From contig NVWA01000005.1 of assembly GCA_002746535.1 (NCBI GenBank), positions 22,047-86,046 on the forward strand: DNA of 64,000 nt, in the 5' to 3' direction. Below the pieces are notes generated by a model that did not search any database, was not told the origin of the DNA, and saw only the letters and a program-made list of their open reading frames with translations. Shown here in pieces: positions 47,379 to 58,197 of this stretch. The position numbers were made by a program, and so were the translations under genes. Numbering within the stretch: the first letter of the stretch is position 1; every line of letters starts with the position of its first letter. Origin of the DNA: Planctomycetota bacterium. GTDB lineage: Bacteria > Planctomycetota > GCA-2746535.

Positions 47379-49673
47379 TTACTCATCCCATTCAATAATA
47401 AATGGCAACCGTATTATAGGATCTACTGGCAACCATTTATTTTTTATATTAACAGCATAAAAGTAGTCTTTTGAGCTCGTCTCATGTTTTTGGTAAAGAA
47501 CATTGTCAACATCTACATTTTCACCCGTGGCCCATTTATAATAGCCACCAATTCTTTCTAATCCAATCCAATAATTACCAGGCATTCTTTCTATCAAAAT
47601 GTTATCATTTTCTTCAATATCAACAATTGAAATTAAATGCGCACCATATTTCTTACTAAATTTATGCGCGTCTTGAAGATTAAGATATATTGGAACGCTT
47701 AAATAATAGTGGCTATTCTTTTTAGTGGCAAATTTCTTTAAATCAGCTTGATCACCCTTCTTAACTTCAATTAAAATTTCAAGGTTCTTTTTATGATGTT
47801 TAAAATCATCATTGTTTGACCAATTTTTCCTCAATGTCTCTATATAGCTTTCGCTTAAAGACCCAATATCAAAGAAAAACGACTTTGGTGGCTTTACAGA
47901 AAAATCCCCAAAAGATCTTAAGGGGTTTCCTGTACAAGACACCGACAGCAACAAAGGTAATTTAGATATCGCATCCAAAGAAGTAATTTTATTGTCATCA
48001 ATCTTTAAATCTTTTAATTTAACTGCTTTTTCTAAAGGAGAAATAATTGAGATTTTATTATTACTAAAATTTAGAGTGGTAATATTTTCAAAATGTATTG
48101 GAGAAATATTTTTAATTTGGTTATTAGCAATCATTAAACTAATCAACGACTTTAGTGGCTTCAACTCCTCTACACTACTTATATTATTAGAATCCACTGT
48201 CAAATTCTTAAGTAATAAATAATCTTTGATTATACTAAAATCATTTAAGTTACATTTCAAACTACTGAATAGCACTAAATCTTTTTTACCAATTCCCTCT
48301 AAAGACTTTATATTTGTTTCGGAAATATAAAGTTTTTCAACTATGGTGTTTTGTAATATCTTCAAATCAAGAATTTTTTTATTTCCACTAAGATTCAAAT
48401 GTTGTATTTTTTCTAATTTATCCAAACCAGATAACGAAACTATATCATTAAGACTAAAATCAAAATAATTTGGTATATCCTTCACATCGTTTAGAAATTC
48501 TAGCGAAGTTAGATTTCCATCTATATATACCTTTCTATCCCCTTGCGAATACTCTGTATAAATAGTCCAAAAATAATGAGATATCTTTTTTGGGATTTTT
48601 TTTGTATATTTTGATTTTAGTAATTTTTCAATTTCAGTTGTTGTTGCTACTCGAAAGTTTTTATAATTGTTAATACAATTACTAAATAGATTTTTAGACA
48701 GATCGAAATCGCCTTTCATAAAAGCAACTCTTGCCTTTAACAGTAAAGTCTCATGAGATTCTTTTCTCAATTTTAATTTTGATAAATATGAATCGGCCAG
48801 ATTAAAATCATCCATGGCCAATTCCAAGTGAGCTAATCTCAAATAAATTAAATTATGTATAAAATCATCATATGAATAAGCATGTAAAATATTCTTGAAC
48901 ATAGTACGTACGACTTCACTATACCGACTAAATTTCATTGGTTCATAAACTATTTTTGATAAGAGACGATCAACAGACTCTAATTCAATGTCCACATCTT
49001 TCATTCTTCTTGGGTATAATTTAATATCCCAGAACTGTTTTCCCGCACCCCAAGTGTAAATACCATTGATACGACCAGTCAAAAAATAGGGACTTTTGCA
49101 TGAAAGAATTAATGTTTCATTACAAAATAAATTTAATTGATCACCAATTTTTTCAGCCCTTATTTTATAAATCTCCCCCGCTTTCAATTCATACTCTAAT
49201 TTACCAAGAGGCAAATTATACATCTGGACTAGGGCAAACTTATTTCCAATTCCACCAAGTTGAAGATCATACCTTGCAACAAGATCCTCATCAGAAGCCA
49301 TAATAATAGAAAGGTCTCCACCATCAGCATCTAATGAGGCTTGATCCTTAATCATTGCTTTAAACTCAATTGCATAATCACCAATTTTATTTTTATTGAA
49401 TAAAATTATATGCTCTGGAGACGGCGTCTCTTCGCCATTCTTTATGGATTCTAATCTACCATTTTTAACTTCCCACTTCCCTGTATGAATAATTAATTTT
49501 TTGGAAAGACTTGCTTGATCTTTGGGCATATAATTAATTGGCTGCCCCCAAACACTATTATTTATAGGAACCTTTGCATAAACATCATTAGTTTTTGTCT
49601 CATTTGTTGAATTTCCGCATGCTGAAAGCAAACAAATAAGACATAAAAAGTAAAAAGAATAATTTATTTTCAT
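47379..49673 (-). CDS. Lipoprotein with the same architecture (paralog 1)
   Basis: Lipobox LSAC; shares DLSIIMASD, RYDLQ.GGIGNK, YFLTGR.NGIY, HYYLSVP and LPFIIEWDE with 45051..47330. Confidence 0.8.
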   Translation of the reverse strand: MKINYSFYFLCLICLLSACGNSTNETKTNDVYAKVPINNSVWGQPINYMPKDQASLSKKLIIHTGKWEVKNGRLESIKNGEETPSPEHIILFNKNKIGDYAIEFKAMIKDQASLDADGGDLSIIMASDEDLVARYDLQLGGIGNKFALVQMYNLPLGKLEYELKAGEIYKIRAEKIGDQLNLFCNETLILSCKSPYFLTGRINGIYTWGAGKQFWDIKLYPRRMKDVDIELESVDRLLSKIVYEPMKFSRYSEVVRTMFKNILHAYSYDDFIHNLIYLRLAHLELAMDDFNLADSYLSKLKLRKESHETLLLKARVAFMKGDFDLSKNLFSNCINNYKNFRVATTTEIEKLLKSKYTKKIPKKISHYFWTIYTEYSQGDRKVYIDGNLTSLEFLNDVKDIPNYFDFSLNDIVSLSGLDKLEKIQHLNLSGNKKILDLKILQNTIVEKLYISETNIKSLEGIGKKDLVLFSSLKCNLNDFSIIKDYLLLKNLTVDSNNISSVEELKPLKSLISLMIANNQIKNISPIHFENITTLNFSNNKISIISPLEKAVKLKDLKIDDNKITSLDAISKLPLLLSVSCTGNPLRSFGDFSVKPPKSFFFDIGSLSESYIETLRKNWSNNDDFKHHKKNLEILIEVKKGDQADLKKFATKKNSHYYLSVPIYLNLQDAHKFSKKYGAHLISIVDIEENDNILIERMPGNYWIGLERIGGYYKWATGENVDVDNVLYQKHETSSKDYFYAVNIKNKWLPVDPIIRLPFIIEWDE

Positions 49674-49930
49674 AGATGAAAACCTGAATTGAAATGTTGT
49701 TAATTCATGTGTTTTGTGGTAGCTACAGTTAATACACAGTAAAACGTTTTCTTCAACTTATAAAGGCCTTAAAGTGACTTTTAGTTTAAAAAGCGCCTTA
49801 TATTTTAGGTTGATTAGAAGCTTTTATAAGATATTATATTGGCTAATATGAGCGCGCTACCAAGCTCAAGCTTTCCTGCAAAATCTATCGATTTAGTTCC
49901 ATTCAATCCCATTAAAATAAGGCTATACTT

Positions 49931-52900
49931 TTGCATAAAATTATTTTTGTTTTTTTACTAATTTTCTCAAAATATTTTTGCTTTGGCCAAGAAGCAAAAA
50001 TAAAAAAAATATTAAATGATATCTATCGAGAACACCCAGCAATATTAGCTGAATTATATTTCAATCCGAATAAGGATTATGAAAAGACAGCCAAAATCAA
50101 AAAAAGTGAATACTTGCTACCATCCGTAATTGAATCTTTTGCTATTAAAGAAGGAAAACTATATCACCACAATTTATCAAAAATTTTAAATTCAAAAGTC
50201 AAACAAGATAAAGATCATAGAAAAAAAATAACCACCCATCCACAAATGATGTACCACTGGGAATTCGAAATAAAAGAAAAAGGAGAATACATCATATTCC
50301 AGCCATCAAATAATGGAGTAAGTGGGTTTTTAAATGATCAGAACGTTCACAACATTCATCACAATACTATCTCTATTTCATTTTCAGGTTCTAATTTTAT
50401 TACTCTTGATACCGGAAAACATAATCTTTACTTACTCAAATTAGCGCACACCAAAGCATTATTAAAGGTTATCAACAGAAATAAGCTATATGACTTTAGT
50501 AATGTGATATATAAAAAAATCACCTCCACAAAAAAAGAAGATCAATTATGGATAGAGAAATATTTTTATCCGTCGCTTTCCTCAAAGAGTTCCGGGATCT
50601 CTAATTACCTCATTGAATTGTTTGAACTAGATTTTTTCAAATCAAAATTCAAAAAAAATAAGAATAAAAGCATTGTCCTATTTATTGAAATCTTAAAAAG
50701 AGTCAAAGGATATGATTTTTATCAAATGGAAGATTATTTCTACACCAATTATAAAGATTACTATTTCTACCATTTACCAAATAAGAAAACTCATTCTTCC
50801 TTATTAAACAATATATATTACGGAACTGGGTATCGCTATGATTTAATTACAAATTACATTTACACTAATCAACCAAAAAAAGCCGAAAAATTTATTAAAG
50901 AATTCTTAGATTATATTAAAGAAACAAATTCAAAATCTTTCGACCAAATACATGCTATCATACATGTACAATTATGGCTGGCCAATTTCTACACAGGTTA
51001 TCTAAGAAAATGCAATCAATTAACAGAAAAGTATAAAGCGACATTCAAAAAGTTTACTTCAAAAGCTCGTAATAGTATTAGCACCTACAACACCATCAAA
51101 AGCTATGTTGGCGTTGATCCAAAACCAGCCAGCAAATTATTTATTGCCGATTCAACAGAAAAGATGGCTGCGCTTAGAATAAAAGATTTAATCAAATCCT
51201 ATCAAGGAGATCAAGGCGAATTAAAAAAAGCCTTTGAATTATTTACTGAATTAAAATATCGATTGATAGATTTCGGGAATGACTTTCATAGCCTCAATAA
51301 TATTTTTGCATCAGCCGCTTATTCAAATAAGTTATTCTTAAACGACTTCCTGAAATACTCCAAAAAAAGCCTACAATCAAAAATTAAGACCGCTCTCCTC
51401 AAAAACGATGTCAATCAAATGAAATCTATTATTAAAAAGTTTGGCGATTTACTGCCACTGAATGAATTACAAAACGCTCTTTTAAATTATTATTTTCTAA
51501 GAGGTGATTTCCACAAAGCTCATTACTATGCAAAATTAATCTACAATCATATTCCAGAAAAACGCAAACTTATTTTATCAAAATTAAAAACTCTAGAGAA
51601 AATAAATCACACACTTGAAGAAGATCAAATCACCTTAGTTAATGTATCCAACAATCACAACATCAACCATAAAGGCAATAAGGTCAATATTTCTACTATA
51701 TTTCAGAAAAAGAAAAAAAGTATAAACACCGCCGGACCTGGTACTTTAATTAAAAGAATTTCTCTACCAAAGATACACAATCAATACACTAATCATCCTG
51801 TGATTGATTTTCACCAAGGGGCTGATGTGACTTTTACAAGTTCAACTTTATATATCACCACAGCATCTTCAATTCAAGCGTTAGATTTAAAAACGAATAA
51901 AATCAGGTGGTCCTCTTTCTCAAAGAATGAATATTATAATGAATCAGAAAAAGGCCCTCATCAAAAAAGATTTATTTCAAGAAAAGTTGGTGACAGCATT
52001 ATCTACTTTACCAATCAAGAACATTCAGCTTTAAAAACTGTTAAATGTTATGATATAGAAGGCCAACTTCGTTGGGATCTTTCTGCCCAATCTAACATAT
52101 TTATTAGCCCTATTACAACACCTATACAAGCCGGAGACTCATTATATTCATTAAGTTACAATGGTAGCGGCACATTCAAATCAATCAACTTTGACATCCT
52201 GAATCCATTAAATGGAAATTTAATTAAATCAATCCCCCTAGCTATGATAGATAACTTGCAGCATGATACTTACGGCGGCAGAATAAATCATCCTTGGAAT
52301 ACCTACCGGCACGACAATCATTTTGCAAAAGATGAAAAAGCTATCTATGGATTTACCGGCACAGGCATCACATTTAAGGCCAGCATTAAAACAAAAGAAT
52401 TACTTTGGGGTAAAGCTTTTAATAAACCGAATCGATCAAAAAGATATTACTTTAACAAAGCTATTGCTTCAGCACCATCAGGATTCATAAAATTATTTAA
52501 AGATATACTCGTCACCTTTACACCAGAAAACCAATCATTTATTGGAATCAATAAGCAAAGTGGCAATTTAATATGGCGCTCACTAATGTACAAACCACAA
52601 TTTATACACTCAAGATTTTCCAATAAATTTATTTATATTTCAAATCATAATTCTGGTGCTGAACCAAAAGTAATCAAAATAGACTCCCAGAATGGTGAAA
52701 TGATTTGGGAAAGATCTTTGAATGGTTTAGCGCCAAAAGGGGAAGGACAATTACATAATGGAAAAATTTATATTCCTTGTTCAAAAAGTATTGTCGTTTT
52801 AAGCGGAAGTAATGGAGATATTCTAGAAGTCAAAAAAATGAATTTACAACCACTTAAATTAAGATATTCCAAAGGGTACTGGGTACTTTTCACAAGCAAT

Positions 52901-55900
52901 GATGCCTATCTATTAAAAGCAGATGATTCTTTAAACAATTCAACCTTTATTCCGAGCCCTTATCCAGAGACGGGGTTTGTAAAACCAGAGCAACAAACAA
53001 TAGACCTGCCTTACAGCACAATAGTCTTAGAGAAGTCTCTTTATTTACCTGAAAAAACATATAGCACTAGCGACTCATGGTCTAAAAATAAATTAATAGA
53101 AACATCTCTACTTTATCATCATATCATGAAAATGAATGGACATATTACATTATTTAGAGAAGGATTTGAAAAGAAGGATAAAACGTATATAGCACCCACA
53201 ATAATGTGGTATGAAGAAATCCCTTACCATTTTCTAACCACAGATAAAATATTTGTGTCTGTGCCTGGTGAAGTACGTTTAGAAGATTTATTTACCAGAA
53301 ATGTCATTTGGTCTCATCATTACCAATCAAAACCTTATATTTATAAAAAAGAAATATTAAAATCTAAACCTATAATAGCTGCATCGAGAACACATGTTGC
53401 TGTTCAAACGATTAACCAATCGATTTTAATTTTAGATACAAAAACAGGTAAACGGCTATTAACATTTAGTGCTCCAAAAGCCAAAGCAATCGCCATCTGC
53501 AAAAATTACGTTGTGATATCTGCAGGCACTAGGCTTTACTGTTACGACATTAATCAGCATGGAAAACAAATTTGGTCACAGTATAACACACAGAGATATG
53601 AATTAAGACAAGAAGAAGATAAAATATTTCTTCTACATTACAACAACGGATATGCTTACAAAGTGTATGATCTACCAACTGGAAAATTTGCTTATACTCT
53701 AAAAAGTCCTGGTCGTAGTTACAACAAAGCCTACAAAGAAGTTCATCATAAATTTGGTAAAGACTATTCTTTTGCCTACTATCATTTATACGATGGTAAA
53801 ACAGGTAATTTAATAAAAGAGTACGGTGAAGTTCACCAAGCACGCAACGGAGGATATTTTTGCTTTGATAAATTATATGGCAACACCGGTGTCTATAAAG
53901 AAAAAGGGAAATCCTATAAATTTAAAACTATTCGTGGTAGAGAGCATAATAATCCTGAAATAGGCATCCTTAAAAAAGGAAATAAAATCATCGTACAAGC
54001 GGTGTTCTTTATAGAAACATTTGAAATCAAAGGCGATAAACTAGTTAGCATTCATTACATTCAAAATAATGCTGCAAAATACGGTAATCACGCAAATCAA
54101 AGAGGATTAATCTTATATCCTTTAGATAACAGTCTATTCGAAGTCAGAGGCTCGCAAATGTTTTTTTTCAGAAACTTTGACCCTCATCATCATTATGAAA
54201 AGCTAGAATCCTTTAGAGTTTCAAATCATAGTAACTCACAATGGCCGCATAGCGAATTGTACCCAGAAAAAATAGTTCAAAGTGATCAATGGGTTCCAAA
54301 CAATAATAGCAAACCTTTAAGAACTTTTCAATATTTAGCATTTGGTGATAAAAAATTCGCATATTTAAAGTTCACGATCTCACCCTTAAAGAATAAATCC
54401 TACAGTCACAAATTATTTATTTCCACCAATTCAGCCATAGGGCAAGGAATTGTTCAATGGAATCCAGACGAATGGAAAACATGCTCAACAAATTTCATAT
54501 TCAAAGGAAGAGTCCAATCTTGGAAAGAAATGGATATGGATGGCAATATCAATTTATTTTTGAAATTCACCTATAAAGATACTTATGACAAATATGCAAA
54601 AAACAAGTTGCCAGACTTTTCAATCGAACTTCGGCAATATAAAAAAGGGATTGATGACGGCTGTTTTCGCATGGGAGGTGCTTTTTATTATGGTCCAAAA
54701 TTTTTCCCTTGGAATACAAAAGAAAATAATGAAAGCCAACAAATTAAGAATTTTAATTTAAGAAATAATATTTATCAAAATGGTAATTTTTATCCTCAAG
54801 GAAACGAATTATATAAGTGGTTTTACGACAGGAGAAAACTCTATACGGTAAAAGACAATATAAGATTGCTTAAAGAGATGGTAAAGAAAAATAAATCCAA
54901 CTATTGCGTCATCAATATCTTAGCCACTTTGTTAATGGAAGAAATTCAAAATATTAGGGAACTAAATCCTGACTTACTTGAAATCGACCCTTCCTTCCAG
55001 AAACAGATACAACCTTTACTGCTTAAAACGGCTACATTTGCAAATCAGCTAAAAATAAAAAATGAGTGGACCCAATATGCATTACAGATATGGGCAATTG
55101 AAATTTTTCCAAGAAAATTAATGTCTGAAAAGCAAAGTATTTCTGTACATAATTTTTCTGCTTATGGCAAAAAAAGATCCGTATATGCTAAGGGGTCTAC
55201 CAGAAAGTTAACTTCAAACATCAATATTCCTCATTTAGAATTCTTAACACCTGGACTAATCGCTGGTTATCCCATTGAGAATCAACTTAGAAAAATTATT
55301 TTGCAATTGGGACTTAATAACACGTATATAGGTAATTTACATCAATATTCACCCAACAAAACAACATTAATTATTAACCGATCTGGTAAATTAATGGATT
55401 CAGCAATCAAAAAGAGTCATAACCTAAAAGCATCAATCTATAATTTCAATAATAAAAGTTATTCCGTTAATCAACTGATCAAAGTTAAAAGAGCAATTGA
55501 AAATTTTACTATTGAGATTCCGGCCATTAAAATTCCATTGGATAAAAGCTATAGCGGATTAAATTTTGAAAGTGTCATAAACTCATTAAAGAATTTACCC
55601 ACTGATAGTAATTTAAGTAGCACATTGATTAATGGCATCATTAGAATTAAAAAGAATTTAACTATAGAGAAAATCAATGAGCTATATGTTGCATGGCTTA
55701 CAAGAATAAAAAGTAACCATAAAGCAACCGTTAAAGCATGTCGCTATATTTATAAAAGTAAATCAAAATCAAAAAATGTTTGGGACGATTGCAAAGCAAT
55801 ATTCAAAAAGGCAAAAGTTAATAAAAATATTCAACGATCATTTTTACTAAATCAATCCAATCAGTTCGGATTTGTAGACAATCGTTCCATTCTTGGTCCT

Positions 55901-56380
55901 ATTGTAGATGACTTAGACAAGAATCCTGAAGATCAGGAAAATCCAGATATAGAATATGAGTCACTAAAAGAAAAGTACTCCTTTAAAAAAGATGTTGTGA
56001 AACTAAAAAAGAAATCAAAAGCAAAATTTATTTATGTAGCTATAAAGTTGACCGTACCAAAAAGAAAAAAAATCTATTTTATTTCCAATGTTCACGAAGA
56101 CTATTACAACAGAGCTTCAGAATCAATCAGTCTCTGGGTCAATGGGAAGAAAAAAATTGATCTCACTAGTTACAGAGAACATGATGATCATCTAATTAGT
56201 AAAAAATTATCCTTAAAAAAAGGCGCGAATATTGTGCTGATAAAATTTGATTTCTCAAATAGATGGAATTTTTTAAGATATCGCTTTGGAGATTTAAGGG
56301 GGTTTACGATTAAAGATTTAAAAATTGAACGAATCCATAAACCGGCCAAACCTATTAAAAAGGTAAAACCCAATAAATAA
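49931..56380 (+). CDS. Giant (2149 aa) secreted multidomain protein with PQQ-like beta-propeller repeats
   Basis: 6.45-kb open frame in AT-rich DNA; signal-peptide-like N-terminus (TTG start). Repeats ALDLKTNKIRW, GINKQSGNLIW, KIDSQNGEMIW and ILDTKTGKRL; TPR-like helices; PA14-like ends. Confidence 0.8.
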   Translation: MHKIIFVFLLIFSKYFCFGQEAKIKKILNDIYREHPAILAELYFNPNKDYEKTAKIKKSEYLLPSVIESFAIKEGKLYHHNLSKILNSKVKQDKDHRKKITTHPQMMYHWEFEIKEKGEYIIFQPSNNGVSGFLNDQNVHNIHHNTISISFSGSNFITLDTGKHNLYLLKLAHTKALLKVINRNKLYDFSNVIYKKITSTKKEDQLWIEKYFYPSLSSKSSGISNYLIELFELDFFKSKFKKNKNKSIVLFIEILKRVKGYDFYQMEDYFYTNYKDYYFYHLPNKKTHSSLLNNIYYGTGYRYDLITNYIYTNQPKKAEKFIKEFLDYIKETNSKSFDQIHAIIHVQLWLANFYTGYLRKCNQLTEKYKATFKKFTSKARNSISTYNTIKSYVGVDPKPASKLFIADSTEKMAALRIKDLIKSYQGDQGELKKAFELFTELKYRLIDFGNDFHSLNNIFASAAYSNKLFLNDFLKYSKKSLQSKIKTALLKNDVNQMKSIIKKFGDLLPLNELQNALLNYYFLRGDFHKAHYYAKLIYNHIPEKRKLILSKLKTLEKINHTLEEDQITLVNVSNNHNINHKGNKVNISTIFQKKKKSINTAGPGTLIKRISLPKIHNQYTNHPVIDFHQGADVTFTSSTLYITTASSIQALDLKTNKIRWSSFSKNEYYNESEKGPHQKRFISRKVGDSIIYFTNQEHSALKTVKCYDIEGQLRWDLSAQSNIFISPITTPIQAGDSLYSLSYNGSGTFKSINFDILNPLNGNLIKSIPLAMIDNLQHDTYGGRINHPWNTYRHDNHFAKDEKAIYGFTGTGITFKASIKTKELLWGKAFNKPNRSKRYYFNKAIASAPSGFIKLFKDILVTFTPENQSFIGINKQSGNLIWRSLMYKPQFIHSRFSNKFIYISNHNSGAEPKVIKIDSQNGEMIWERSLNGLAPKGEGQLHNGKIYIPCSKSIVVLSGSNGDILEVKKMNLQPLKLRYSKGYWVLFTSNDAYLLKADDSLNNSTFIPSPYPETGFVKPEQQTIDLPYSTIVLEKSLYLPEKTYSTSDSWSKNKLIETSLLYHHIMKMNGHITLFREGFEKKDKTYIAPTIMWYEEIPYHFLTTDKIFVSVPGEVRLEDLFTRNVIWSHHYQSKPYIYKKEILKSKPIIAASRTHVAVQTINQSILILDTKTGKRLLTFSAPKAKAIAICKNYVVISAGTRLYCYDINQHGKQIWSQYNTQRYELRQEEDKIFLLHYNNGYAYKVYDLPTGKFAYTLKSPGRSYNKAYKEVHHKFGKDYSFAYYHLYDGKTGNLIKEYGEVHQARNGGYFCFDKLYGNTGVYKEKGKSYKFKTIRGREHNNPEIGILKKGNKIIVQAVFFIETFEIKGDKLVSIHYIQNNAAKYGNHANQRGLILYPLDNSLFEVRGSQMFFFRNFDPHHHYEKLESFRVSNHSNSQWPHSELYPEKIVQSDQWVPNNNSKPLRTFQYLAFGDKKFAYLKFTISPLKNKSYSHKLFISTNSAIGQGIVQWNPDEWKTCSTNFIFKGRVQSWKEMDMDGNINLFLKFTYKDTYDKYAKNKLPDFSIELRQYKKGIDDGCFRMGGAFYYGPKFFPWNTKENNESQQIKNFNLRNNIYQNGNFYPQGNELYKWFYDRRKLYTVKDNIRLLKEMVKKNKSNYCVINILATLLMEEIQNIRELNPDLLEIDPSFQKQIQPLLLKTATFANQLKIKNEWTQYALQIWAIEIFPRKLMSEKQSISVHNFSAYGKKRSVYAKGSTRKLTSNINIPHLEFLTPGLIAGYPIENQLRKIILQLGLNNTYIGNLHQYSPNKTTLIINRSGKLMDSAIKKSHNLKASIYNFNNKSYSVNQLIKVKRAIENFTIEIPAIKIPLDKSYSGLNFESVINSLKNLPTDSNLSSTLINGIIRIKKNLTIEKINELYVAWLTRIKSNHKATVKACRYIYKSKSKSKNVWDDCKAIFKKAKVNKNIQRSFLLNQSNQFGFVDNRSILGPIVDDLDKNPEDQENPDIEYESLKEKYSFKKDVVKLKKKSKAKFIYVAIKLTVPKRKKIYFISNVHEDYYNRASESISLWVNGKKKIDLTSYREHDDHLISKKLSLKKGANIVLIKFDFSNRWNFLRYRFGDLRGFTIKDLKIERIHKPAKPIKKVKPNK

Positions 56381-56634
56381 TTCCTCTTCTGATATTCCAA
56401 CGCAATCAAGTACTTCCGCCTTGGAAAAACTAATAAGTTTAAAATATGTCATTTCAATCGTAAAAGAGACAAATTAATGATGAAAATCTAAAAGTAAATT
56501 AGATTTCAAGATAAGTAAACCCTATCATTATAGTGTATACCAACGAATAAGTATTTTCAAATAGCTAATATTTAAATTTTCAAAAATTTAATGTCATAAA
56601 AGGTCTTAATCGCCCTCTTACTTAGGTAATCAAA

Positions 56635-58197
56635 ATGAAAAATGATGAAATCGTTTCGGAGATACTAAGTATGAAAAAAAGCTCTCACTTATCAAACAAT
56701 GAAGAAATCGTTGATGAGATCATTGAAGATCAGGATTATGATGATTATGATGAAGAGGAAGAAGAAGGAAAAAAACGTGGCGGAAGCTTACAGGTATTTG
56801 CCATTTCTACTTTAGCACATCTTTTCATTATTTTTCTACTAACATTACTTTATTGGTCATATCCGCCAAAAACAGAAGACGTAGTCATAACAACGACACC
56901 AATTGCAGAGCAAGAAGAAGAAGAGGAAGAAGTTGAAAGAGATATCGTTAAAGAAACTGTTGATGTTGTTTCAGACGTTGTAACTGAAATCACACCAATT
57001 GTAACAACCGAAGAGGTTGTTGAAGAAATGGAAACCGAAAACGAAATGGATGCCGAAACCGCCGAGGGAGTTTCAGAAGCTATTTCAGATATGCCACTTG
57101 TTGGCTCAGGAGTCATGGGCAACATTGGTGGTGGTGGTGGAGGTGGTGGCGCTTTTGGATCTAGAACGGGTGGCGGAAAAAAGAAAGCTGTCATGAGAGG
57201 TGGCGGAAACCGAAAAACCGAATCCGCCGTAGATGCAGCCTTGAAATGGTTGAAACGTCATCAAGAACAAGATGGTCATTGGGATGGTGCAAAATATGGT
57301 CGAACTCGAAATGAGAGATCTGGCGATGCTTCAGTTTCTGGGTTATCTGTACTTGCCTTTTTAGCAGCAGGACATACCCCTAGGATAGGTAAATTTAGAA
57401 AAACAGTAAAAACAGGAATTGACTGGATAATTTCAAAACAATTACCAAATGGTAGTTGGGGTGATGGATCTCATCAAATATATGATGCTGCAATTTGCAC
57501 ACTTGCACTAGCAGAATGTTACGGAATGTACCCCAATCCAAAAATCAAAGTTGCCGCACAAAAAGGAATCGATTACATAATTAATCCTGATAAAGGAAAA
57601 GTTCATTTTGGTTATAAAGATGGTGCCTCTCAATCAATGTCTGTTACAGGCTGGATGGTTATGGCATTAAAAAGTGCAAAAGTAGCAGGTTTAAAAGTTT
57701 CAAAAGAGGCATTTGACCCTTATAAAAAAAGAGTTGCTGAAATGACCGATGACGACAATGGCTATAAAGGAGTCGTCCACTATTTAAAAAAGGGCGATCG
57801 AAATAAAAAAAATAATGTCATGACATCTGTCGGTATGCTTTGCAACTTATATATGGGAGTTCATAGAGCTGACTTAGAAAAACAATCTGAAATCATTATG
57901 GCAAGAATTCCCAAATGGGGAGATGGAAAAGGAGGTGATTTCTACTATTGGTATTACGGAACTCTCTCAATGTTTCAGTACGGCGGTAAGGCCTGGAAAG
58001 AATGGAATAAAGGTTTAATGGATGCTTTGCTACCAAGTCAAAGAAGAGGTGGACCCCTAGATGGTTCTCTTAATGATGTTGATGGTTCATGGGACCCAGT
58101 CACAAAATGGGGAGTGATGGAAGGCAGAGTTTACACCACGGCCATGGGAGCTTTCTGCTTTGAAGTATATTATAGATATAAATCGGTTACAAAATAA
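56635..58197 (+). CDS. Membrane-anchored prenyltransferase/squalene-oxidase-repeat protein with an acidic linker and Gly tract
   Basis: Single TM (ISTLAHLFIIFLLTLLYW), E/D/T/V-rich linker, G7 run, then LKWLKRHQEQDGHW, KQLPNGSW, YYWYYGT, SQRR...DGSWDP and GRVYTTAM. Confidence 0.8.
   Translation: MKNDEIVSEILSMKKSSHLSNNEEIVDEIIEDQDYDDYDEEEEEGKKRGGSLQVFAISTLAHLFIIFLLTLLYWSYPPKTEDVVITTTPIAEQEEEEEEVERDIVKETVDVVSDVVTEITPIVTTEEVVEEMETENEMDAETAEGVSEAISDMPLVGSGVMGNIGGGGGGGGAFGSRTGGGKKKAVMRGGGNRKTESAVDAALKWLKRHQEQDGHWDGAKYGRTRNERSGDASVSGLSVLAFLAAGHTPRIGKFRKTVKTGIDWIISKQLPNGSWGDGSHQIYDAAICTLALAECYGMYPNPKIKVAAQKGIDYIINPDKGKVHFGYKDGASQSMSVTGWMVMALKSAKVAGLKVSKEAFDPYKKRVAEMTDDDNGYKGVVHYLKKGDRNKKNNVMTSVGMLCNLYMGVHRADLEKQSEIIMARIPKWGDGKGGDFYYWYYGTLSMFQYGGKAWKEWNKGLMDALLPSQRRGGPLDGSLNDVDGSWDPVTKWGVMEGRVYTTAMGAFCFEVYYRYKSVTK

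Noticed and set aside
33852-58197. Squalene-hopene cyclase activity for the two QW-repeat proteins
   Set aside because: Each has only one barrel's worth of repeats, lacks the DxDD motif and is exported or membrane-anchored.
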